Positions 1-13,673 of a stretch of DNA of 64,000 nucleotides are shown one piece after another. The stretch comes from Catajapyx aquilonaris (Eukaryota). The first letter of the stretch is position 1, and each line of letters starts with the position of its first letter. The notes below the pieces were generated by a model. The model was given only the letters and a program-made list of their open reading frames with translations. It was not told the DNA's origin and ran no database searches. The stretch spans positions 62,001 to 126,000 of the forward strand of contig KZ538001.1 of the NCBI GenBank assembly GCA_000934665.2, in the 5' to 3' direction. The position numbers and the translations under genes were made by a program.

Positions 1-1586
1 TGCCGCTCTTCCTAAGGTGCAAGGACGCAATTCTTGGGGTCATGCATAATCCGCAACCAGTTGAGCCCGCTGGGTTCACACCATCAACATGGCTGTATAA
101 TACACGTGAGAATTGGGATAATTATTCTGGTTTAGTACGCAGCACGGTTTGGGAATCGGCGAGGGTAACCGATTGCTGGATATTATTATAATAAGTGCGC
201 GTTCTTGACTCCGTGTCCGAAAAGGAATGGAGGGGGCTAAAGGTAATCCACGTATTAGTGTAGATGTGAATTCTGGGGTGAGAAGCTCTCATCTGAGTTG
301 GAAATTTCCGAGAGGGCGGAGTAAGCTGCGAGGTAGCGGAGGGGATTCACGCAGCGCCGACTTTCTCATGGAAATCGTAGGGTCATGCCGCGGGGCTTGG
401 ATGATGAGAAAGGAGGTGGAGGAGGAGGAGGCCAAAAGGGGGTGGCTGGGAGAATTACGGCCATAGGAAGCCTGCGATCAGCTCTCTTGGAAGGTCACTA
501 CTGACACCTGCTGTACCGGAAACTTGTCGCTCTGACTCATTTCTCAACGGACAGGCACTTCTTAATTTGATACGTGACGTAGGACGTTCAAAGTGAGGTA
601 GGATAGTGCCTGATATGTGACAGACAGAGGATATTGACAAAAAAAACGATTTTCAATGTCAATCGTGCAAAAATATCTAAAAATAATCGATATTAATTAA
701 TCGATAATTTGCGAAAAATTGGCGAATTGAACAGACTGCAGCGTTAACTATTTGGCCATGTTACTGCAGTACTGCAGTAAATTGTACTGGAACAGGGGAA
801 CAAGCAAAGCGTGATCGAAAAATCCTGGGATTCACGCTAACCAATGAACAATGCGTTGGCGTTTAGTTGAATGAAGTTATTTGAAGTGTCCGTCAATTCT
901 GTGCTGCTGTGTATGGGGGGATGGAGGGGGAAGGGAGAGAGGGAGGTCAACGCATCCCGCAGTCGGCATTAGAACACTGCGGCTGAGGCACGATAATCAC
1001 ATGGCCATGTTAGAGCCCTGAATTGCTGCTCCCAAAGGGCTCGCCATTTAGTCTATACACCTAGCACCAAAAGTACCTCCCCTCCCCTGCTGGCCGGCGA
1101 ATACATGCATAGCCAATTTTCCATTACTCATTGTTGCACGGGGTCGTACAGAGCAGGAGGCAGACACCCATGCACAGAGTGAGGACCCCCACTATTTCAG
1201 GCCTGGCTATCACCGGACGGGGTAAGGCCCCGACCCGCATCCGGCATGGATTATTGACAGACGGAACAATCGACACATTGCCGCCGCGTTATTGCGGTTC
1301 ACTCGGGATGCCCGGCAAGGATCAATGGGTCATCACCTGATCATAATGGGCCGGCCTGTCACCTGCCTTCAACCCACACTGGACATGTGTTTTCTGGGGG
1401 AATACGGACTGAATTGTCTGATTTAAGCAGCTGTTCTGGTTCATTAACACCCTGCTGTTCATCCCTTTCAGATCTAATCTGTGTTGAAGAGTAGGGTACA
1501 AGTGTTGTGACAAGCTGCCACCCACACTGCACGTTTGATAATTGTACAGTATTTTGAAGGAAATATACTCTATTTATCGCTATTTA

Positions 1587-1628
1587 TCGCGGAACCCCTG
1601 GCGATTGTTCGCGGAACCCCGGTTGAGA
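1587..1628. mobile_element. Possible hAT (Charlie-type) subterminal remnant
   Basis: TCGCGGAACCCC twice (1587-98, 1609-20) followed by GGTTGAGA, as in hAT right ends; no matching left end seen. Confidence 0.35.
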
Positions 1629-1780
1629 TGTGTACTCATGTTTAGTAGTTTGGGCAGATCTTTAAAGCCATCTTTTGACCAGGTATAACTCCCGGACGTA
1701 CAGTAGAGAAGGAATGACGTCCTTATGTGATTGGCCGAGTACGTAGTATAGAGTAGGTTACGATCTAGAAAGGACATTTA

Positions 1781-2080
1781 AGTGAAGTACCCGGGCCATA
1801 GTGGAGTCTCCTGTAGATGGCGTAATAGGCCAAAGTAACAGCAGTTGATAGGATAATAGCCCTAGGAAAAGGGAGGGAAGAGAGGAGGGCAGTGGAGCGC
1901 ATGAGTGTCCTGTGACAAGTCCGAGTCTAGGGAGTTGACCGTTTATGGGGCACTTCCTGCGGTCGTGTTTTGGGTGAGATCATGGAATTCGGAATATCTG
2001 GATCACTTAAATTGACTCAGTCTCTTAAAGAGTTTTTTTAAACTAGAGGAGGTGACCAGAATGATGGGGAATCAAACTCA
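1781..2080. mobile_element. Possible diverged, oppositely oriented member of the solo-LTR-like family (copy E)
   Basis: gagggcagtgg, gtctagggagt, ggtcgt..tttgggt and tgacc occur in the same order as in the reverse complement of copy A; boundaries are approximate. Confidence 0.35.
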
Positions 2081-4289
2081 ACCATTGACGGAATACCAAA
2101 TCTGTACCGACTATAGTATAATAGACTGACATCGCAAATAATGGGCTAACTTTATACGTGCAACTCGATCCCGTATTGTTTTTAAAACTAAAGAACAATG
2201 GAATTAGGTCATTCTCATATTCCAGCCTGATTTCAGCATTCTCATATTTTGGTCAGAATAGACCTATTATAACTTGCACACCAGCAGTTCCCGTATGCGC
2301 CAATAGAAAAAGCGCCAAATTCCAGTTTCAACTAAAAGATTCCAATTGAAACACTATTTTAACTCCACGGTATGAATGTTCATACAGTTCCACCGTAATC
2401 AGTGCCCGGCCTTGAACTGAGGCAATCGTCCGCGAGATTCCTACTGATAAGCATCTGGGGTGTCTTTTCAGGGCGTGCCGTATATGGGCTGATGCGAAAG
2501 TGGTTGTTCATTTGTGTAAAAGAGCGCCGAGGGGTCGGCAAAATGAATGGGATCTGTTTGATAGTGAAATTCTGCTGGTAGTCTCCCTGTCCATGCTATG
2601 CAGCCGTAGTGTATCTGGGTGGACAGGGTGTGCGATTCCCATATAGAGCCATATGAGGCAGCTGGCGGGTCCATTTGAGCCCAGATCTGTTGGGCAGATT
2701 GGGAGCGCAGGCAGAGAACTCGTTGCGGCCTTCATTAACGGAAATCCAGTGATGCTGTCCGATTAGTGGAATCTTGTTGGATTGCCCCCTGTGTTCCGCG
2801 TTAGTTAGTAACGCTCATGTAGTGAGTGAGTGCTCCAATTGAAAAGGGCAATTCTGAAATCGAAGGGTGGGGACCCAAATTTTCCACGGCCACTTAGCTG
2901 TATATATACTGAGGGGCGGTGTAATGCGAATGTTGACAGCGGTTTGTTGGAGGAGACCGCAAATCTTTAATACGTTTTTTTTGCAGATTCGGAAGCGGTC
3001 ATAAATTATATGCAAATTGACCCTTAACTCTGCAGGGGAATCACAGGCTAATGCGGATTTGATCACATTAGTTTTGAAATATAATCTGAGGCGAGTTTAA
3101 TAAGGCTTATTGACAAACACCACCAAAACGGTTGCCAATCTTAATTTGCTCATGGGAAGCCAACTGTTGTGTGCAAAATCCCAAGGCTCACGCGCTTCAT
3201 GAGTAATTCATGTGCACGCGTCAAGGCTAATAATTGCAACTAGGGTCCATCCGCTAGGTAAAAAAACTGGATGGGGGGTATAGCGTATAGGCCTATATCG
3301 TTGTCATTGTTGTCCCAAAGGTGCCTCCGGATGGCCATCCTTACTGTCTTGCAGCAAATAGGAGGGACATTTGGTGGATTTGCACACTTGGTTTATTTGT
3401 CATTTGCGTGGGCGACGGGTGATGGAGCGTGCAGCGGGCGTCGCCATGACGGACTCGGGCCATTGGCGCCGAATAGGGCCGATGGGGCACGCCTCGAAAG
3501 AGAAAAGAATTGAGGAAGTCGCCACCGTAGCAAGTCGCTCAACCGCAGGCTGCTCTTTTTTCCTTCAGCTTCTGGGCCTTTTTCTACTAACACACCCACA
3601 GTTCCTCAAGACGTCGTTTGCGACACTCATATTTCGAAAATATATTTCGCAAATTCGTCGTCCGAAATCTTAAAAGAGTCCACAGCGGGTACGTAGAAGC
3701 GCAATAAATTGAGCGAAGATAGTGGTGGTCGAGAGTGACTATAGTCTTGAGTTGTTAGGTGTGTGCTTGGAATGGGATCCCTCGTCTGGAAGTAGCCATT
3801 CGGTTTGGCCCCATCCTCCCAAGACTGAAGATTCGGGTCGGATGTCCCCATGGGAGCCCGATGCCCGGCACCTGATCAGGCAGGTGTATAGGGCCCTTCG
3901 CTGGGTTTTGGTGCCCATCATAGCTCCACGCCACGACTCTTAAAAATTTCGGGAGGAGGGCCTGGGCCCTGGCTGGGGTTGGATTATGGCCGACTGGCGG
4001 CAGCAGAAATCAGCAGAAGCGTCTGGTGTGCGGTCGCAGGCGGCTGCGGGTATAGAAAGAGAGAGGCCAGGCCATGGAAGCTGATTAGGGCATTAATAAT
4101 CCAGTGATGGCCTCTCCATTGGTCTCCCTGGATGACTGTCCCAGGCACAGATGCCGTCATGGAATGAACGCCAGCACCAGGTGGCTCTGCCGGCTTGATC
4201 TCATTGCGATTACTGACACGCATCCCTGCATATCTAGTTACGGATTCAAGATCCTTATTAGTTTCTTACCTGAAAATTTCCATAGTCGC

Positions 4290-4290
<1 letters not shown>

Positions 4291-4350
<60 letters not shown>

Positions 4351-4368
4351 TTTATTTTTATTATTATT
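4291..4368. repeat. (ATT)n microsatellite
   Basis: About 20 perfect units plus a degenerate tail. Confidence 0.97.
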
Positions 4369-5817
4369 GCAGGAGGAGGTTGTAGTGTGACATAGGTCAT
4401 TGAATAAGTGGGAAGGGTGAGATCGATAACTCCCGGTGTCAAGTCGTGATCGGTCGTGATAGTCAATCATATTTCATTGGTCAATAATGTCATATGGGAT
4501 TGCTGGAGAGGTGGGGAGAGACGATTTATAGGCGAGGGATATGCGCACAGAATACACTTGGGCGGTTCAAGTTCTGTAACATGAAAGCAAAATCGTTTAG
4601 TGGCCCATTTAGGCCCATGCCTCCCCCNCCCCCCCCCCCCCCAAAAAAAAACGTGCATTTTTGTCTCGGGAAATTATTGCACCGCTAACAAACGATTGTA
4701 CTCATAAGGCCACCGGTTATTGGGGTTGCTCTTTGCATACTAGTGTCATGGAAAACCAATAGTGCGAAGTTTCATATCTGACGCTTCCTGGCAAACAAGG
4801 GCTTCTCGTAATTATGTTTCTGTTTGCACCAGTGCAGTGCAAGCCTGCAGCAAGAGTGTTCACTACACATGCAGAATACAGGCTCCCTACTCAAAAGTCT
4901 GGAAACTCGCATCAAGACCTGTAAACACAACATTATTACATAATATCACAATAGTAATGAATAATTTTTCTACTCGCTCAATGTGAGTATTTCATCGAAT
5001 GGACAGTGAGCCGAATAGCCCGAAGTACTGGAAAATAACAGTTATTCCGCGAATAATCCCATGGTAACTGAAAATAAGGGCATGTAAAAGGAAGATATCA
5101 AGAGGTTGAATTCTCGGAAACTAAAAGCATGGTCTTCTGTCTCCTCCCTCTTCCTTTCCCCCCCGTAGCATGTGGCACCATTAGCGTCTTTGTCTGGAGT
5201 GGGGAGGGTCTCCCGCAAGGAGAAGGCGAGAGACTGCGGTTTCATGCTTCTGCCAGTTCTTTATTTTTGTCGTGCTGCCACCGCCTTGGAGGTAGCTAGC
5301 CTGCAGGAGTTGTTTGCCTTTTCTGCATGTCAGCTGGGGTGGGGCCTAAGTTCATTTTGCACACTGGGTCCAAAATTATGGGAGGGCTGTGCCAGCTCTG
5401 GCTCTTTCTTTGCATTTCATGGACAGGGTGTTTCGTCGAGCAGATCTGTCATTGATGACCCAGATGCTGGTTGTCACCAAATATTTGTTCATCTAAATTT
5501 AGTTGTGACAGTCAGCGTTTTTTGCGTGTTCAGCAAAGCAGTTACTTTAGTGGCTATCATATTACCTGATAATAGGTGGTATGGACGCGTTTTTAAAAGT
5601 ACTGGAGGAACTAGTCGGGGAAAAAAAGAATGGGCTTGCACCAGTAGGTCACCCACAATGACTTAATCTTGGAATTTTATTGCAATACAAGACCTACATG
5701 CATCTACTCAACCTAATATTCGCGGCTAATATTTTTTGCACATTAGAAAAACAGCTTCAAAATAATACTCGTGACATTGAAATATATCTGTAAAACGATT
5801 CAGTTATGAAATTAATA

Positions 5818-6078
5818 CAGTGTTCCAAGTTCGTGGATCGTTTTTATTTATCGCAAATATCGCCAGAAGTAGCGATTTTTGTGTAGTTTGTTGTGCCCCG
5901 ATCCAGGTGCCTCAGTTGGACTACTATTAGGTCTTAGGTGGTCGAATGTAGCAGTTTCTATAGAATAGGGCACCTGGATCGGAGCACAACAAGTTACACA
6001 AAAATATTGCTGCTTGAAGCTTTAAGCGAAATTTTCTACAAGTATAACGAAAAGGACCCACGAACTTGGAACACCCTG
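5818..6078. mobile_element. Tc1/mariner-superfamily MITE with long imperfect inverted arms
   Basis: TA-CAG(gg)TGTTCCAAGTTCGTGG ... CCACGAACTTGGAACACCCTG-TA termini; inner inverted pair tttttgtgtagtttgttgtgccccgatccaggtgcc (5876-5911) / ggcacctggatcggagcacaacaagttacacaaaaa (5969-6004). Confidence 0.85.
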
Positions 6079-7893
6079 TATTTGTAATTAAATTATGAAT
6101 TAAGTTATAGCATGTTCCCTTGCTGCTAGGGACCGTGTGGAACAGTGTAGTGTGAAAAAAAAAATCGCAAACTGAAACAGACAATTTGAACCCACCTGAA
6201 CTGTACAAGACGCACTGTTGTGAAAGGAATTGGGTTGCTGTAGTACAGTGTCTGGAATAAATGTGGAAAAACTGTGGTAGAATTACAGTTTTGTGATGTG
6301 AAACAAAGTTGTGGGAAAACCCGCTTGATTATAGATTTAATATCGTGTATTAGCAGTCTAGCCCAGTTTTATGAACCCCGTTAAGTAATAATCTAACTTG
6401 CAGTTAGATTCTGGCAACCGGCTGGTTTTTGCGTGTATCCTAGAAATTCACTTCCGCAAGCTCCTAACCGAGTTACCGGTCCTAAATGTAGCACCGCCCT
6501 TAATATCAGTGAGATATTGCCAGCCCGCTTATACAGTCAACCCACGAAGTTGCATCGTAATTGGTTCCGACACCGGATAGGCAAGTCGAGACGACATAAT
6601 TCTGGACCGAGCAGGAATAGCCAATGATCATCATGCGCCATGTGAAAAGTGTGCCCAATAGACGCAAATCTTTCTCCAAAATGGAAAATGTGTGTTGCAA
6701 ATTATTTCGAACTCAATATAGCTGAAATGGCTAGCCACTTGGAAAACCTGCGGGGTGACTGTGGGAATCGCTGTTTTTGTTTCCTTGATGCGTGCGATTG
6801 TTAGTGAGGAACATCCGGAACCCTAGGGGCTTGCGTGGACACGCCTCCCCCCTAGCCCTAGCCACCCCCGCACTTCTCGTCATTTGAAGGTGTATCAACC
6901 CCGCGCTCTACGTAAATTACAACTTCCCATTCTTGTTATTTGCGCAATAGTTTCCAGTCATTGCCTCCTTCAGCACATAGGCAACAAGACCTGGTTGGCG
7001 TCTAAAAAAAGTTCAATTTCTGGCCATGTTCGTGTTTCATTTCAGATGTGAATAGTACTTGTTGGAAACTGAACAATGGTAATTGGGAGCTAGCAACAAT
7101 ACAGGCAGAGTGACCGCAGTGCGGGCCTCTTGAAAGTCGTTTCCTATTTCTCTGATGGATGTGGAATCCCTTCAGCATCCTCCGCCTTTTCTTCTCCCTG
7201 TGTAGGCCTTCCCCCTTACAGAATGAAAGTCCAGCTTGAGGAAGAGCGAAGTAGGTGGAAAATAATTCGGGACGGGTCCAATAATGGAGGCCATTTCCAT
7301 CCACCTTTGCGTGCTGGTGGAAGTTTTCGCATGGTCATTTACAGTTGCGAATGTGCACTCGAGTCAAAAAAGTTTCTTCTCCTCCTCCCCATGCAAGCTT
7401 CCCCGCCCAGTAAACTCGTCTTTCCTCAAATTACTTTTCCAAACGTAATTTCGGCGGCTGTCCGAAGGACGGACAGCCAAGGGCTTCCAGCTAATGGAAA
7501 AGAAGGGGGTCTGCAGGCCCTGAGTGAGGCGAGAACTGGCTTCGTTTGGACCCGGAGAAAAAGAGAACCTCCAGTCCCCCCCTCAACCTAGGTGTATATA
7601 TACTGCAGAGGACCGCCCTTGTCCGCCCCTTCTTTTAAAAATAGCAGGGAACGGGACACGTGACCCCAGCGGAAGTGCTGGGGGGTGACATTAATTATTA
7701 TCTCGCGGCTGGCCTGGTGGACCCGGGCCAGCATCCGACTCCTGAAGGCGCGAGGCTGGCTGCCGGTGTCCATTTGCAAGACGCCTAGTTTAAAAATAGG
7801 TGAAAAAGGAGGTCTGACGCGTAGGAGGTACCCCGTTCATGAGGGCTGATTCATAAGTTGCAAGAAGTCTGATCATGACTGCACTCCTTGGAG

Positions 7894-8072
7894 CGACCAT
7901 TCCCCACAGAGCGACGCGACGGAGATGGTGCGACAATTCCCCACAGAGCGACGCGACGGAGATGGTACGACCATTCCCCACAGAGCGACGCGACGGAGAT
8001 GGTGCGACCATTTCCACGCGACTGTGATGGTGCGACCATTTCTCGCGGAGCGACAATGCGACCATACCATTC
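7894..8072. repeat. 37-bp minisatellite, 3 near-identical units plus shorter degenerate units
   Basis: Unit CGACCATTCCCCACAGAGCGACGCGACGGAGATGGTG at 7894, 7931 and 7968, then shorter CGACCAT-initiated units. Confidence 0.92.
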
Positions 8073-10489
8073 AGTGAAACTTGCAGATATGTTTTTGGAC
8101 GAAAATGGGTTGGAGCGCATGGCTTGGGAATAAACATGGGTTGTTGGTAACGGTGCGAGACAGTCTTGGAGACGTGTGGTGGGTTGTCTGGCATGGTTAA
8201 GTCCGGCCGTGTCCGCGAGTGCATCCCGAGAGCTTTACTGGCAGGCAGAAGCGTACAGGAAAAGCGGTTCCCGCTCGCCTGCATGCAACTGCTATATATT
8301 TAACGCGGCGTGAAATTAGAACGGGTCGCTGAAACGTAAATATTGGCCAGGTTTTTACGGGCCGTTGCAAGTAAAGCGGCCTCTTTTTGGACGGACCTCT
8401 GGAAACAAGCCATCGGACCTGATTTTCTCGGGCGGAGATGTGTTTTTGGCACTTGATGCACACCTGTAGCCAGCATCTGCTACATACAGTATGTGAGAAA
8501 AGGCTTCCAAGTTTTGCAGCGTTTATGAGCTAGCGTAACGATCTTGGATATTTGATAGGCACCAGGCCCCAATATGTTCCGGGAAAATAATCGCATTCGG
8601 TGAAGATGTCAACATTTACGGACCCATCCGCTTGTTTGCGTGTCGATTCCATCGGGAATTACAGGCGTTTGGTGGCCTATTACGTAGGTACGTGCATTGT
8701 AACGTACATGGCACTTGTGTACACGCAATTTTGTTGCCGGACCATGAACAACTCGGCGGGTAATAAACTGCGCGTTTAAAAGGCATAATGCCCTGCCGGC
8801 CTGATGTCAGGAATTAATATTCTGGGCGTGATTGGTGTCCCTGAGCTTTCATGTCTTTTGATGAAGGCACGCTGAACTGCGTTATACAACAGCTTCATTC
8901 AGGGGAAGTCTGTTAAGCTTATTTTAAACCAAGCCGTTGACAAATATATAAGTAAGATATATGTTATTCAAGTTAAACAGAAACTGATGTAACCTTTAAA
9001 CTGGATTGTACATTTTCGCTGATGAAATTCTGTCGGGAGTTTCCTCTTTAAAAGCGCAAGTTACACAGTGCATGCTTAATCCCGAAGTGAGTGTGTCAAC
9101 ATAGCAAAGTTGACGTTCTCTTCGCCTGCCACTTAACGGGTAATACAATGAAGGACTCAGATCGGTTGGCATATATTGAATCACCCTGTAATAGTTGCAT
9201 CAGATTTAGTTCCAACCTATGCTCGTTCCTTGTTAATAATTCTTTCTGCAGTAGTCAAGTGCGGCCCTTTTAAAACAAGCCGGATTAGGTGACAATGTAA
9301 CCGTTCGAGTTGCACGTTTAGCGTGTGACTCTCCGTTTGTTTAACACTGAATTAAACATGAGGTTTTTCCAACCAGCTGTGTTGCGGTGCCGTTCACGCT
9401 TTGCAAGCCTGCATTTATGCCTCCTTTTTATTTGCGGCGACGTTTCTCATTAATTGGCAGGCTTGTTTGCCATTTTTCATAAGCCATTGGACTGTCCTGC
9501 GTTTGAATTTACTGTGGACCGTAGCACAGCTCTCAAGAGTGGTGTTCGTTCCATCATAATATGTATGGGAAAGCCAGTTAATTCCGGGAGCCAGTAGGTG
9601 CAAAATGATTGAAGCAAGTGATGGATGACTCTGTGGCAGCTCTTGTGGGAATAATGGTGCGAATATTGGTTCCCGCGACTTTGGTGATGGCTTGAGAATG
9701 GCAACCCTGGACAGTAGGACCGGAGAAATTTGGCAGTGGAGACACGGTGTTCGGTAGGGCATTCAGCTGCAGGATGGCCTATTATGAAAAGCTGTGATTA
9801 TACGGTCCTGGCGTGACGCAAGTGTCAAGTAGGATATATCGTTGAGCAGCAAGTAGAATTTTCAAGAGTGGCTGTTTACAACAATGCAGCTGCACCATCC
9901 GGTTCAGAAATGATTAGTGTCAAGAACAGCCTGCTCCGATTGAATGCAACACCAGCGGCTCATTGGCCTATGTGCCCTTAACGAGCGGCGGTTGTGGACT
10001 GGCACCTGTAAATTCGTTGCAGGTACATCACGACCTACTCTAATTAATGATAAGCTTAACCGTCCATAACAGCCGCATTTATTCCACTCCCCGTATGTTA
10101 CACGGTCCCGGCATGAAAAATGTAACACGACTCGTTGGAAAAGGTGCGAGAACAGCCCCTGTCGATCTAATAAGGCAATCAAAATCTGGCCCGCCTGCTG
10201 CCTATAAAATCATGTACTTCTTCATGATGCAGTAACGGTGATTTTCACAGATCAAATGCCCTTGCCCAGCCGTCGTTAATGGTTTAATTAGTAAACACCT
10301 GCGCCTGTGCCCATTATAGGCACTGATAGGCTTGCTTTAGTGGCGTCCACAGCTCGTAGAATGCGCTATAAAAGTGAATCACAGGTTTCGTAGCATATTG
10401 GAGGCTCTAAGAGAATGATGGCCAAACTCTGGTTGGACCCGATCGAGGTTAGTCGAGCAGGACAAGTGGGTCTGGTTCCCAGCTCTGGC

Positions 10490-11270
10490 GGTATCGTCAG
10501 GCGGTTTGCATAATTGACAGTGACAATGTGGAAATCGGTGGCGGTGGTTACACTCGTCCTCCGGCAGTTCCATCAGCACTGGTAAATTTTGCAGGCTCTA
10601 CTCAATTAAAAGGGCAGGTGTTACGTTCGACCTGTGCCTGTTCGGTATGCAAACCCTCCATTGCGCATGCGGGAAGCCTATTTCTACCCTCCATCATATT
10701 GAGTGGCATCAGCTGCACTTGACTCGCACATCATGGTTCAGGAGACCCCACCCTAATCAGGGGACCCCCGAGCGCTTTTGGAACCCCCCGAATAGGGCGC
10801 ATTGTCCACCAATAATTTGTCGCGACTTGAACCCTGATTAGCTTTCAGTTGGGAGCCTCGCCGACAAATTGAGTGGTACTGGCACGTGGAGATGTTCATG
10901 AATATGCACAAGACAGGACACTAAGCCTGGCTCATTGATTGATCGGTGGGTGCCCCCTTCAAGATCCCTGGGTGCGGGAAAGGTCCACGTACGAGTCGGA
11001 CTAATTACAATCCTGGAGTCCACACATGCTTCTGGACCAAAAGTTGGGTGCAATTAGTCAAGGCGCGTCTTATTAGCCTGCCATGTGGTGGTCTTGATGG
11101 ATATAACACGGGATTTTGCTGCGTCAAAATTAATTAACTGGGGACATGATGTAACGCGTGATGAAGGGTTGCACCGTGGACCACCAGAAAATTCCAGCAG
11201 AAGCTATGATTTACAAGCAAGTGGGCTTGGATGACAGCGGTTTGGTGCTATGGGCCCCGCTTGATGGCGG
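10490..11270 (+). pseudogene. Highly decayed LINE ORF2 AP-endonuclease remnant (CR1/L2-group-like)
   Basis: In one frame: IICRDLNPD*L (from 10812; cf. GDLN) and TRQDTKPGSLID (10908-10943; cf. PTR...LID). Then S-(+1 shift)-DQKL (cf. SDH), and later ITRDF...LINW and VLWAPL, in the expected order. Stops and frameshifts throughout; ends approximate. Confidence 0.45.
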
Positions 11271-13673
11271 CGTGGAAAGGTTGATGCAAGAGGATGTTTT
11301 TGCTATCGTTATGAACCACCCAGTTGGACGAGTGACGTTCCCCCTCTTTTTATGCAGAATGGACAAAAAGGCCTAGAGCTCCTGTCAACGCCATGCTAAA
11401 TACGAGGGTGTTTCCAGAAGGAATGTTTAATCAGGAGCTACAACTGCGTTCGTCATAATTTGATGAGTTAGGCCGGCTTCAAAAAGACGGCTGTTGACGT
11501 GGTGTCGGCCCCAAAATCAACCGGAAAATAGCGGGGGGAATCACATTGTCGCCTGGTTCTTTGATTAAAATGAATGCGGTCGGTTGCTACCTGTTATCCC
11601 GGTCCATTTGTCACCAGCCGGATTCTCACGCAAGTTGAAACCGCGACATTACAATACGAACGTGACATATGAGCCAGGCTTTGATATATACGTAACTCAT
11701 TCATAGCACAAGGAGGTGAATCGGAACCTTTTTTCCCCCTTTTCTTTTCTTGGTTCCATTTATCTTGGGAAATCTGTGCGCGCAAAGCGCTTATTGGGCC
11801 AATATGAGGCGGCTCCCAGAAGCTGCCATCCATCATTTTGAGGGAAGCAGAGGCTTCTGGGGCCCTTATGCCGAGTGCACTCAACTCCAATACCTAGCAG
11901 CATTGTGATGAGTGGACGCCTCTTCAAAGCAGTCCGTGTTTTTCTGACGTGAAGTGGCGTCATTCCCAATCATGTCGACCAGGGGCTTTCGACAATCCCG
12001 CCCGTGGACTTCCCATTGCCGTACCTGCAAAGGGAATATAATAGCGGGCACCAGTACTCTACCTCTTCCTAAAGCCCCTCCTAGCCCGCCAGCCTTGAGG
12101 ATTGGAGAGATGGTCCTCTTGGGAACCTGAGGTCGGAAGTTTGAAGCCTTGATTCCATATCTTTTCCACCACTACCAAAACTTGCCCCCATTCCCATAGA
12201 GTCAGTTCTTACGACTTGCAAACTCGAGGATCTTCTGGCGCGAATTTATGAGCGACAGCCAACTCGTGACTAATTTATTTGTATCACATACATTTATTAT
12301 GGGACAGTTGCTACCGGTGTGAGCTGAAAGTGGAAACCTAGTTGTTCCCAAGCACTGTGTACGCCTTTAGAACTGGGCCACTATAGTCATAACTCACGCT
12401 TGCCTTACCTGCAACCTAATGCTGAAGATGCTCTCTGGAGGACCTGGCATTGTACAAGGATTTCGAAAACATGGGAGACTCATAACCAATGAAGGCGTCT
12501 CCGGCTCCGGTAATTTCTGGGGCTAATCTGTGACTTGGCGCATGTTGATGATTTTGCTAGGGTAAACACAATCCTCTAGGGGCTATGCAGTGGAGCAAAT
12601 ACGTGCCAGTGCTGGCGTTCAATTTTGTTTCGGAAGTTAATCACGGAATGCTCAGCAGTTGAAGCTGACTGATTTGAGCAGCCGCCTGTCTGTTGGCGAT
12701 GTTGCGGGATCTATTAGCGCATAGAACTGGCTTTACACTGTTTTTGGCCGGTAGACTGGCCGACACAAACATACCCGTCGAGGAGAGTTTTGCTTCAAAA
12801 TAGACATGGCTGGTCAAGTTGGACGAGACACAATATTGTTTTTCCTTTGCGTAGACAGTGCCGACATCATAAGTATACCACGCATGTCACTTGCAGGCAT
12901 ATGTAGCGCTTATAATAACTCAGCAGTTTTGCTCTTTGTTGAAGAGTTAGGGAGTCCGCCCTGTGTTTCTTCAAAAAGCGTGACATTTGGACCTGTATTG
13001 TAATTCTGGCTTTACGGTTGTTATGTTGAGACGACGCCACATGTTTGTGACCAATATACTAGAGCGACCTTTTCGATTCCTTTATAGGGTGTATTTAACG
13101 CACATGACTGCGCCTCTTTTTTCTGCTAGTTGCTTTCTATGCACTCCCTTTTCCACTGGAATGTTATGGAATATCCTGCAGGATAGATCACGCGACTATC
13201 ACGCACAGTGACGGGCTTATTACCAAGTAGATAATATTACCTACCATTAAAGCTGCAGACCGTGGGCTTTAATGGGTGAGAATTTGCATGCGATTATCTC
13301 CGTATGGAGCCAAAATATTGTCAATAAACAAGTGCAATTTGGCCTTATTTATCCACAAGGCACCTAAATTTGAGACAACGTTTATGCTGTACTGTACCAT
13401 CGAAACATTTTTCATTGTTTCGCTTTGTATACCACGTAAGCGTGCATTATCTCGAAATCAGAGATTATACAAGAAAAAACACTGATTACAGTACTCTTCT
13501 GGGAATATTCCCTCAGCATAGAATAACAATAATATTAATATAACACAATGAATATGTATTTTAGTAAATTGGCATGAAAAGTATGGGAAATAATACACAT
13601 GTGGATAAGTTCAGTGTAGATTTAATATCACATTACTTATGATGTCCTGTCGAAGTGTCAATGTGTGACATGT

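Noticed and set aside
3097..3112. 16-mer TTAATAAGGCTTATTG repeated at ~19637, and scattered Su(H)/homeodomain/octamer-like words
   Set aside because: About one shared 16-mer is expected by chance in 64 kb, and short TF motifs cannot be supported without conservation or chromatin data.
4265..4272. Minus-strand CAG|GTAAG (ggaaattttcAG|GTAAGA); another at 12404-12411 (attaggttgcAG|GTAAGG)
   Set aside because: Antisense to the gene, with short or poor pyrimidine tracts. Recorded as background showing the core 8-mer alone is not diagnostic.
4104..4470. ORFs with poly-Tyr, poly-Ile or poly-Asn runs (also at 34082-34336 and 54970-55278)
   Set aside because: They are translations of (ATT)n microsatellites.
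4623..4642. Single N inside C/G homopolymers (4628, 37786)
   Set aside because: Sequencing or assembly uncertainty in homopolymers, not biology.
7894..8072. 37-bp repeats as a CRISPR array
   Set aside because: Units are head-to-tail with no unique spacers, there are no cas genes, and the context is eukaryotic.
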